64,000 nucleotides of DNA from Candidatus Hydrogenedentota bacterium (GTDB lineage Bacteria > Hydrogenedentota > Hydrogenedentia > Hydrogenedentales > SLHB01), in assembly GCA_045863295.1 (NCBI GenBank), contig BTWA01000003.1:1-64000 (forward strand), in the 5' to 3' direction. Position 1 is the first letter of the stretch, and each line of letters opens with the position of its first letter. The notes beneath the pieces were generated by a model. That model saw nothing but the letters and a program-made list of their open reading frames with translations. It was not told the DNA's origin and did not search any database. Positions 20,084 to 28,499 of this stretch are shown in pieces. A program made the position numbers and the translations under genes.

Positions 20084-23000
20084 TCAGGTTTTCGTAATGG
20101 TCTCGTCGAGGTTCAAAATTGTATTCGTAACAATGGTCCAAGCAGCCAATTCAATGACATCCACCCCTTCCGCGGGTTTGGATTCGCCAACTTTAAGCAG
20201 ATCGGCCGCGCTCTCCGGATGTGCCCGAAAATGCTCGAGTTGCTGCTGGTACAGTTTTACGAGTACCTCACACTCCTCGCCCGCAGGCTTGCGCGCGGTC
20301 GCGAGTTCGAAAGCGAATACAACGCATTGTTCGGGTGTGCCACCGCATTCGCGCAATGTACGTTGCGCCAGGTTTCGCGCGGCTTCCACATACTGCACGC
20401 CGTTCATCAACATCAGCGCCTGTAACGGCGTATTGGTCCTGGGACGGCTTGCGGTGCAGGTCTCCCGGTTAGGCGCGTCAAACACGATCATCACGGGGTG
20501 AGGCGCCTGCCGCTTCAAGAAGGTATACATACTGCGTCGATAGAGGCCCTCGCCGTCGCTTTGCACAAATTTCTGCGCCGTAAAAGAAGAGTTGCCACCG
20601 CCATACGCGACTTCTTCCCAGAGCCCCATCGGTTGGTAGGGATTCACGCTCGGCCCCCCTACCTTCTCCACCAGCAACCCGCTCACGGCCAATGCAGTAT
20701 CGCGCACCACTTCAGCGTCGAAACGCATGCGCGAGCCCCGCGCCAACAACCGGTTATCCGGATCGCGCTCCAGCAACTCGGGCGTAAAGCTCGATCTCTG
20801 GCGGTAAGTCGACGACATTACAACTTGCTTGAGAAACCGTTTAACATCCCAGCCACTATTTACAAAGTCGACGGCAAGCCAATCCAGCAACTGCGGATTG
20901 ACCGGCCATTCGCCTTGCGCGCCAAAATCCTGCGTGGTCTTCACAATGCCGGTACCAAAGAGCACGCCCCACATGCGATTTACCGTAACCCGGGCCGTCA
21001 ATGGATGAGACGGATCGACCAGCCACTTCGCCAACCCCAGCCGATTGTTGGTCGATCCTTCCGGCAAGGGCGGCAACGAAGCCGGCACAGCCGGAATCAC
21101 CTTTTCCGAGGGTTGATCGTATTGGCCACGCTTCAAAATGAAAGTCTCGCGAGGCTCCGCCATTTCCGCCATCACCATCGTCGTGGGGATGGTCTTGTCG
21201 TAGGCGTCCCGCTCTTCAACTGCCTTCGCCACTTTGGAACTGCGCTCCAACCATTCCGGTGAAAAATGGCTTCGGTAGTATTCGCGTAGGCGTGCTGTCT
21301 GCGACTCCAATCTCGATTCAGCGGACGTAGTCAGTATGGCCTCTACATCCAGGGGCACATCGCCCACGACTTCGAACGCCTTCCTGAAATAGAACGCGTA
21401 AGACGCCCCGTAGTTCACAACCTTTACGAGAAGTTTGTTTTCACCCGGCTGAAGTATAACGTCAAACTTATCCTGGTCAGGCTCGACACCGCGCTGCACA
21501 TTTTTATCCAGCACCACTTGACCGTTCAGCCAGACCTTGATGGCGTCGTTGCTTCCCGCAGCCAGGGTGACTGTCCGAGCCGAAGAGGTCTGAATAGTCC
21601 GGTAAAGGTAAGTCGCCGCGATGCCGCCGCTCAGATTGTGAATCGCGCCATCCGGCAAATCCGGCAGTACGCGCATCCACTTCATCCGTCCGTCGGGATA
21701 AACTTCATTCAGGTCGACTTTGGTTTCCGGCCCGAAATCAGTGGTATACGCGGCGTTTCCGTCCGCCGCAACGTATGGACCATTGATGTACCACGGGTCA
21801 AGCCGGCTTGGCGACAACGTCGGCTCGGCCGCTACGGAAAGCCGGAATCGGCCGATCACATGCTGTGCGAACTTCGATTCATATTTCAGTCGAATCCGGA
21901 CAATCGAACCACCGCTGATTCCCATAGGCCGATCAAACGAAAGTACGGCGATAGGATTGCCGATGTCCTTGATGTCCGACACGCCCCATCCGGTCTCACT
22001 GTTGCCGTCCAGAATGGCGGACACATCGAACGTAGGCTGGGAGTAGTTTGCGTTTGCCAGAGCGAACCCTATGGGCTGCGTTGCGGCCGGATCGGCCGCC
22101 GTTGAAATCTCGCCATCTACGCCGGTCAATACGAAATTGGCATTCTCACTTCGGCCGTTCCGGCCCTGCTTCTCGCCGCCGCCAGCCGGCACGCTTTCAT
22201 GAGGAAGCGCTTCGAGACGCAATGCCGTCATGCCCGTCAAATCCACATGCGCGGCAATTTCAATGATATCCGTCGCGGGATTCTCTCCCTGCACCAGAAC
22301 CGATTTATCTTCTAACTTTGACAGCGTGGCCCCGCCGACGGAACTCATCTCGGACGGATCCAGAACGACCCATCGTTCACGAAGCGCCGCACTCTTTTGT
22401 TGTTCCCAGGCAACTTGCGCGGCGTCAACTTCGGGCATGGGCTGATCCAACTCGCTACGGAGCAGGGCGACGCGATCATCCAACTCTTTCAACCTTGTTG
22501 CTTGCTCCGGCGTCGGCGCTTTGATAAACGGAACAGAGTTTCCGTCCCGGCCGTCTATCCCCTGTTCCGAGATCGTATTGAAGAAGGCGTAAAGACTGTA
22601 ATAGTCTTTTTGCGAAATGGGATCGTATTTGTGGTCGTGGCATTGCACGCAGCCCATCGTCAACCCCATCCACACGGTGCTTGTGGTGTTGACCCGATCA
22701 ATCACGTACTGTGTACGGTATTCTTCCGCGATGATGCCGCCCTCAAAATTAATCATGTGATTGCGATTGAAACCCGTCGCCACAAGTTGATCCTGCGTTG
22801 GGTTCGGGAACATATCACCGGCCAATTGCTCAATCGTAAACTGATCGAACGGTTGGTTCTTGTTGAACGACTCGATACACCAGTCGCGCCAGCGCCACAT
22901 GTAACGCTCATTGTCAATGTGATATCCGTTTGTGTCGGCATAGCGCGCCAAGTCCAACCAATAGCGTGTCATGTGTTCGCCATACCGTGGGGACGCCAGC

Positions 23001-24109
23001 AACCGATCAACGACCCTTTCGTACGCGTCTGCACTCGTATCATTCACAAAAGCATCGATCTCGGCCGGCGTAGGCGGCAATCCGGTCAAGTCAAAGGTCA
23101 ACCGGCGGATAAGTGTCCTGGCATCGGCTTCGGGTGAAGGCGTTAACCCTTCCCGCTCAAGTTTGGCCAACACAAAGTTGTCGATCGCATTGCGGGGCCA
23201 TGCCGCATTCTTCACAGCCGGCACATCCGGCATCACTGGTGCTACAAAAGACCAATGTTTCTCATAGTGGCCGCCCTGCTCGATCCATCGTCCAATCAAT
23301 GCCACTTCTTCGGGTGTCAAGTCTTTGCCGAATTCGGGGGGCGGCATTTTGAGGTCGGGGTCGGATGATGATACGCGTGCCCAGACCTCACTCGATCCCG
23401 TATCTTCAGGGACTATCGCAACACTTCCGCTGGGTAGCTTGGCGAATGCGCCCTTGCCATCGTCCAAGCGAAGACCTGCCTTGCGGGCTAGTGCATCAGG
23501 ACCGTGACACGCAAAACACTTGTTGGAGAGTATGGGGCGTATGTCCCGATTGTAGCCAATCGTGGCTTCAGCCACGGCGGACGTTGCGGCGACGGGTGCA
23601 TCCAAAGGCTGAGCCGCCGCGGGAGGCGAATCAGGCGCTTGGCCTTCCAGCGCCTTTAACAGCTCTAGCGACTGTTCAAGAACTGCCTTGGCACCGCCAT
23701 CGTCTGTTTTAGACTGGTTCAACTTGGCTTGGAGATCGGGGATTTCCGTCTGGATAGAAGAGAGTTCGCTCTGTATCCGTGTGAGTTCTTCCGTCAGGCT
23801 CGCAGCGCGCTGCTGCAATTCGGTCAGGCGCTGGTTCTTCTCCGCCAGTTCGGACGTCAGTGTGCCGGTCGACGCCGAATCACCCGCGCCAGCAATACTT
23901 TGCAGCCGTTGTTCCAACGCCTTCTTGACCGCTTCGCGTGCCTCGGGCTTGGCGCGAAGTTGGTCTAGCAACTCAACGAAAGACGTTACAGAACCCACAT
24001 CCGTCGGGGGCTCGGACGGCGGAACGGTCGGGTCGGCAGCCCACACGCGAGCGGCGGTTATTCCGCTCACAAAGATAGTCAAAAACAAACGGTACGAGCG
24101 GTATCGCAC
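20084..24109 (-). CDS. PSD1/PSCyt (DUF1549/DUF1553) planctomycete cytochrome c domain protein
   Basis: GTG start after AGGAGGG. CFACH and CVQCH heme motifs, WLDLARYADT, RLGLAKWL, ARVTVNRMW, RRSMY, TNTPLQAL. Directly upstream of DUF1501, as is typical. Confidence 0.92.
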   Translation of the reverse strand: MRYRSYRLFLTIFVSGITAARVWAADPTVPPSEPPTDVGSVTSFVELLDQLRAKPEAREAVKKALEQRLQSIAGAGDSASTGTLTSELAEKNQRLTELQQRAASLTEELTRIQSELSSIQTEIPDLQAKLNQSKTDDGGAKAVLEQSLELLKALEGQAPDSPPAAAQPLDAPVAATSAVAEATIGYNRDIRPILSNKCFACHGPDALARKAGLRLDDGKGAFAKLPSGSVAIVPEDTGSSEVWARVSSSDPDLKMPPPEFGKDLTPEEVALIGRWIEQGGHYEKHWSFVAPVMPDVPAVKNAAWPRNAIDNFVLAKLEREGLTPSPEADARTLIRRLTFDLTGLPPTPAEIDAFVNDTSADAYERVVDRLLASPRYGEHMTRYWLDLARYADTNGYHIDNERYMWRWRDWCIESFNKNQPFDQFTIEQLAGDMFPNPTQDQLVATGFNRNHMINFEGGIIAEEYRTQYVIDRVNTTSTVWMGLTMGCVQCHDHKYDPISQKDYYSLYAFFNTISEQGIDGRDGNSVPFIKAPTPEQATRLKELDDRVALLRSELDQPMPEVDAAQVAWEQQKSAALRERWVVLDPSEMSSVGGATLSKLEDKSVLVQGENPATDIIEIAAHVDLTGMTALRLEALPHESVPAGGGEKQGRNGRSENANFVLTGVDGEISTAADPAATQPIGFALANANYSQPTFDVSAILDGNSETGWGVSDIKDIGNPIAVLSFDRPMGISGGSIVRIRLKYESKFAQHVIGRFRLSVAAEPTLSPSRLDPWYINGPYVAADGNAAYTTDFGPETKVDLNEVYPDGRMKWMRVLPDLPDGAIHNLSGGIAATYLYRTIQTSSARTVTLAAGSNDAIKVWLNGQVVLDKNVQRGVEPDQDKFDVILQPGENKLLVKVVNYGASYAFYFRKAFEVVGDVPLDVEAILTTSAESRLESQTARLREYYRSHFSPEWLERSSKVAKAVEERDAYDKTIPTTMVMAEMAEPRETFILKRGQYDQPSEKVIPAVPASLPPLPEGSTNNRLGLAKWLVDPSHPLTARVTVNRMWGVLFGTGIVKTTQDFGAQGEWPVNPQLLDWLAVDFVNSGWDVKRFLKQVVMSSTYRQRSSFTPELLERDPDNRLLARGSRMRFDAEVVRDTALAVSGLLVEKVGGPSVNPYQPMGLWEEVAYGGGNSSFTAQKFVQSDGEGLYRRSMYTFLKRQAPHPVMIVFDAPNRETCTASRPRTNTPLQALMLMNGVQYVEAARNLAQRTLRECGGTPEQCVVFAFELATARKPAGEECEVLVKLYQQQLEHFRAHPESAADLLKVGESKPAEGVDVIELAAWTIVTNTILNLDETITKT

Positions 24110-24194
24110 TTCACATCCCTCCTGACAATACCATGATGTCAAAAGGGGGTTGCGACCGTCAACCGGAATTAATTCGAAAATCTCGGAAATCGGG

Positions 24195-26681
24195 TCATTG
24201 GCTGAGGCTTTCCCCCGCCGGATGGTAAGGCTGTAACTCGATGAAGTTAACAGCCGTCTTGTCTCCGGCCTCCCCCAGGGGCTCTCCCGCCGACGACCAA
24301 TCGGAAAGCGTAAGCAATACTACCCTTGCATCCGGCTTGAACACGAAGCGATGCAGCGTAAAGTAGGATGGCGCAGGCAATTCCTCCACTGCGTTCGTGC
24401 TGCCGTAGGTGTATGAAAAACAGGCCTTCTCATTCAAAGCAACCCGATCCAGGCCAATGGACAATTCAGCCGGTCGCTTTTCACCCAGGGCATGCTGGTT
24501 GCTGACAATCACTTTCAGGCTGTACCACCGCTCCGGCTCAAGCTCCCGCACTTCTTGCTGAAGCATATTGGCCTTTTCCGCGGACCTTGTCATTACGCAG
24601 ACCGGATCCCCAAATCCCGATCGCGGATATCGGCCCTGGGCGTAACTGTACCCGGGAATGGTCTCAGTAGCTACAGACTCCGGCGATGCGGCAAACACTT
24701 TCCAACCGTTGAGTCCTTCAGCGAAATCAGGATTTTGCAGGTGAGGTAATTCGTAGGGCAAACCGGTAAATCGTTCCGTGTTGCCCTCAATGCAATAGTG
24801 GCGAATCAACTGATGGGACCACCGAAGTGATTCCTCATCCGCGTAGCTGGCCGTAAATTCCAGCACGCCGCGCAGATCGCGAAACGTGGGGTCGGTCGCA
24901 AGTACGAAATACTGCATGTCCTTAAAGGTCTGGTAATCAGCTCCCGGCTGGTGGTTGAAGCTACCCGGCGGCGCACACATGTAACCCAGCGTCATCATCA
25001 ACCGACCAGCCAACTCGGGCATCGCGGACTTCCACTCTCGATACGGAACAATCATAAGACGGGCCATATCCGCCCAGGCCTCGTCTTCTAGAACTCGTTC
25101 TATCAGATATTTTTCCCATGCGACGCATCCACCGGATTCCAGCAACTGATTGACAAACGGCACAGCAGGACCGTGGCGATGCAACTCCAGCGTCCACGCG
25201 TAAAAGGTCCTGTCGGCAAAGGCCGGATTCGCATACAACCGCTTGAGTGCGTCAGTCCAGGCATCGTAATAGTGTTTGCCCGACCAGAAGAACTCGTCCA
25301 CGATAATCCCGGCGAATCCAGCATGCGATGCACCGTGACTGGAAGCCCATTTGGCCGCCGCTTCCGCCGGCGCGGGCGGTTCGGGCGCATACAAACCGGG
25401 CACGGAGGTGCTGTCCAGCCAGATCCGGCCCTCATCAAGCCACTCGTCAAAGAAAGCGCCGGCCGAATCACCGTGGGTAATAAGCGTGTTTACATGGGGC
25501 AACACGTGCCGTGAAACGAACGAAAGGTCATACGGACCGAACGGTTTGATGGCCGGATCCGCGGGATATGCGCAATACGCAAGTTCCGGCACCGCCCGTA
25601 TGTCCAACTTCGCGGTTTGCGTTACATCTATGTGTAAAGTGTGTTCACCGGCGGAGAGTTTTCGCATGGCCTCCAGCGCACCTGTATCCGGATTCTTTCG
25701 CCAAACGACGACGGCGCCATTCCAATGTGCAACCGCCTCGTCTACTCCTGACACGCGAACAAACACCCACCCGTCGCGGGGATTCAAGAATCGTTGTTCT
25801 GAAGAGGCGGAAACGTCGGTAGCGACTAATTCGGTCACAAAGTTGTTGAGTACACGCAGCGACCCGTATTCGCCCTGCCACGCCGCGAAGTGACGAGGCG
25901 GGATTTCCATCGTGGACCGAATTCCACCGTAGATTTCGCCCTTCTCATCCTTCACGGCTACGTTCACCGAAAAGGGTTGCGTTTGCCCGTCCGGAAGCGT
26001 CAGGTTCAATACGCCCATGGTCTTGCCTGCTGGCAGTTCCGTGGTCGAACGCATGGCACGCCCTTCTTCGTCATAAGTCGCTTCAAACGTGAGCGGTCCG
26101 CGCTCCAATCCCAAACCCATCGCGTCCAGGAACAGTTTAACCCCATGCTCGCCGGTGCGAATTGACGTAAATATCGTGTCCATCGGAAGGTCAACCGCAT
26201 TTAAGGTGAGAAAACACGGTGTGCGCCAGAGTCCCCCGCTGCCACCCCAGTCATGCACGTCGACAGTTATCAGATTCAGCGTGCCAGGCTGCAATGCGTG
26301 TGCCACATCCGCGATAACGGCGGTCTGATGCAGTGCATTGCCGTCGCGCTCGTCGCCGTAGGTATTGATGAGCTTTCCGTTGCAGTATATGGTGCAAGCG
26401 TCGTTGATGCCGCCAACGACGAACCACGCCGGTTTGCCTTTCCAGTCCGCGGGAATCTCCACCCACTTGCGATACCAACCGTGGCCATCGCCATCGGGAA
26501 AGCCCTGCTCCTCCCAACGGAGGCCTGCATTCATCCCCGCCCACCACGTGTCGTCGTGGCCCGGAACAAACCATTCTTGCTGCACACCCACATGATGTGG
26601 ATCGTGCCGGAAGCGCCACGCCTCCTCCATGTCGATTCGATCAGCCGACAACGCGGCCATCAACAATAGCCAACTTCCCAT
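24195..26681 (-). CDS. Secreted protein with N-terminal GH2-type sugar-binding (jelly-roll) domain; remainder unassigned
   Basis: WRFRHDP..VG....WF, WE.QG..DG.GWYRK, GGIND...Y.NG, NLITV.V.DWGGSGGLW. C-terminal LQNPDFAEGLNGW is CBM-like. Confidence 0.7.
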   Translation of the reverse strand: MGSWLLLMAALSADRIDMEEAWRFRHDPHHVGVQQEWFVPGHDDTWWAGMNAGLRWEEQGFPDGDGHGWYRKWVEIPADWKGKPAWFVVGGINDACTIYCNGKLINTYGDERDGNALHQTAVIADVAHALQPGTLNLITVDVHDWGGSGGLWRTPCFLTLNAVDLPMDTIFTSIRTGEHGVKLFLDAMGLGLERGPLTFEATYDEEGRAMRSTTELPAGKTMGVLNLTLPDGQTQPFSVNVAVKDEKGEIYGGIRSTMEIPPRHFAAWQGEYGSLRVLNNFVTELVATDVSASSEQRFLNPRDGWVFVRVSGVDEAVAHWNGAVVVWRKNPDTGALEAMRKLSAGEHTLHIDVTQTAKLDIRAVPELAYCAYPADPAIKPFGPYDLSFVSRHVLPHVNTLITHGDSAGAFFDEWLDEGRIWLDSTSVPGLYAPEPPAPAEAAAKWASSHGASHAGFAGIIVDEFFWSGKHYYDAWTDALKRLYANPAFADRTFYAWTLELHRHGPAVPFVNQLLESGGCVAWEKYLIERVLEDEAWADMARLMIVPYREWKSAMPELAGRLMMTLGYMCAPPGSFNHQPGADYQTFKDMQYFVLATDPTFRDLRGVLEFTASYADEESLRWSHQLIRHYCIEGNTERFTGLPYELPHLQNPDFAEGLNGWKVFAASPESVATETIPGYSYAQGRYPRSGFGDPVCVMTRSAEKANMLQQEVRELEPERWYSLKVIVSNQHALGEKRPAELSIGLDRVALNEKACFSYTYGSTNAVEELPAPSYFTLHRFVFKPDARVVLLTLSDWSSAGEPLGEAGDKTAVNFIELQPYHPAGESLSQ

Positions 26682-26733
26682 ACAACCCCCTCATCCAAAA
26701 GCGCGGCCGGGCGCCATAACGCTCCGAACGGCT

Positions 26734-28314
26734 TCAAGCAATACCTGTGGCCTCGGCCCAATTGCTGTACCGATTCATCAAATCCACCGCAATTGCCGGA
26801 TGTTCGCCGCCCAGATTCTTAAGTTCTGTACGGTCATCTTTCAGATTGTACAATTCCCAGTCGCCTTCCTTGACCGCCACCAATTTCCAATCGCCGTGGC
26901 GAACTGCACGATTACCCAAATGCTCCCAGTACAACGTGTCATGTGGCTCGCGCACGCCATCCTTAAAAATGGGGAGCAGGCTTTTTCCCGTTAGCGGCGT
27001 TGTGGCTTGACCTTTGAACTCCTTCGGATACTCCACGCCAGCGGCGTCCAGGCACGTAGGCATGATGTCGGTAATGTGCACCACTTGGCCGGACAACTCG
27101 CCCCGTGCCTCCATACCTGCCGGCCAACGCACGATCCAAGGCGTGGCTATTCCTCCTTCATGCACCCAATGCTTGAACATGCGAAATGGTGTATTGCTCG
27201 CGTTCGCCCATGGGCGTCTGTACGCTAGAAATGAACCCGGCAATCCTGGTGTAGAACCTTCCACATTCAACTCTCGGCCTTCCAAGGTCTCATGGCAACC
27301 CCCATTGTCGGAAACAAACATGACTATGGTGTTGTCGTCGGCACCGGTGTCCTTTAACGTCTGCAACACCTTCCCTATCCCCTGATCCATTCGATCGATC
27401 ATGGCCGCGTATATGGCCATTAACTGGGACCACTGTTCCTTGTTCTCCGCATCGTCCCACGCGGGAACCTCCGGATCGCGTGGTGCCAAAGGCCACTTGG
27501 GATCGACGACCTTCATGTCAATTTGCCGGGCGTGCCGCTCGTTGCGTAATTCGTCCCAACCTGCCTTGTATCGATCCTTGTACCTCGCAATGTCTTCGGG
27601 CCAGGCATGCAGCGGCCAATGAGGCGCCGTATAGGCAAGGTACAATAGAAATGGATTTTCACTTTGCCCATGTTCCCGAAGAAAATCTACTGCGTGATCG
27701 GTGAAGGCATCGGTCATGTAGTACTCACCCTTGACCGGCGTATAGGGCTCATCATCCAGCGCCATGGTGCGCGTATTCGCTTCTTCGTCGAGAATCTCCC
27801 AATAGCTGCTGGCTCCGCTAATCAACCCAAAATAGCGGTCGAAGCCGCGCTGTCGAGGCCAATGCTCCGGCCGCTCACCTACGTGCCACTTGCCCGACAT
27901 GTAGGTTCGGTACCCCGCGCCGCGCAATGCCTCCGCAAGTGTTACACAACGATTGTTCAGAAAACCTTGATAGGGTCCTTCTTTTATCTCTGTGTTACGC
28001 CGGGTCACCATGCCACCCATGCCCGCAAGGTGGGGGTAAAGACCAGTGAGCAAGGCCGCTCGCGAAGGGCAGCAACGTGCCGCGGAATAGCCGTGAGTAA
28101 ATCGCAACCCCTCGCGCGCAAGTCCGTCCAAGTTTGGGGTCGCAATTTCCGACCCATAGCAGCCAATATCCGAGAACCCCATGTCATCTGCCATAATAAT
28201 GACAAAGTTCGGCCGTTTACCGCCTTGCGCAGCCACCGCTCTGCCCGTCGCGCCCGCGAATGGAATCGATGCGACACCGCCGGCAGCCATTTGCATGAAT
28301 TCACGTCTGTTCAT
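26734..28314 (-). CDS. Arylsulfatase (formylglycine-dependent, Tat signal)
   Basis: MNRREFM, RPNFVIIMADDMG, CCPSRAALLTG, GKWH, SDNG. Confidence 0.95.
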   Translation of the reverse strand: MNRREFMQMAAGGVASIPFAGATGRAVAAQGGKRPNFVIIMADDMGFSDIGCYGSEIATPNLDGLAREGLRFTHGYSAARCCPSRAALLTGLYPHLAGMGGMVTRRNTEIKEGPYQGFLNNRCVTLAEALRGAGYRTYMSGKWHVGERPEHWPRQRGFDRYFGLISGASSYWEILDEEANTRTMALDDEPYTPVKGEYYMTDAFTDHAVDFLREHGQSENPFLLYLAYTAPHWPLHAWPEDIARYKDRYKAGWDELRNERHARQIDMKVVDPKWPLAPRDPEVPAWDDAENKEQWSQLMAIYAAMIDRMDQGIGKVLQTLKDTGADDNTIVMFVSDNGGCHETLEGRELNVEGSTPGLPGSFLAYRRPWANASNTPFRMFKHWVHEGGIATPWIVRWPAGMEARGELSGQVVHITDIMPTCLDAAGVEYPKEFKGQATTPLTGKSLLPIFKDGVREPHDTLYWEHLGNRAVRHGDWKLVAVKEGDWELYNLKDDRTELKNLGGEHPAIAVDLMNRYSNWAEATGIA

Positions 28315-28499
28315 GGTGTTGCCCCTCGTGGTCACATAGTGCCAGATTCCAGAGCGGGTGCGCCAGCCCATTTCGATTGGAGCCGGTGTGCACTGGATCA
28401 AGTCGACTTGCTTGCCCCTTGCAACGCGGCCCCACATTTGCCACTGTATAGCTCTTGGGGTTGCGCAACGTTTGCCAATACATGAATGAGGTGGTAACC

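Noticed and set aside
19037..23137. Long antisense ORFs (e.g. 19037-19945, 20498-21262, 22397-23137; similarly 457-1323, 27664-28485)
   Set aside because: Shadow frames opposite well-supported genes in GC-rich DNA, with no recognisable motifs.
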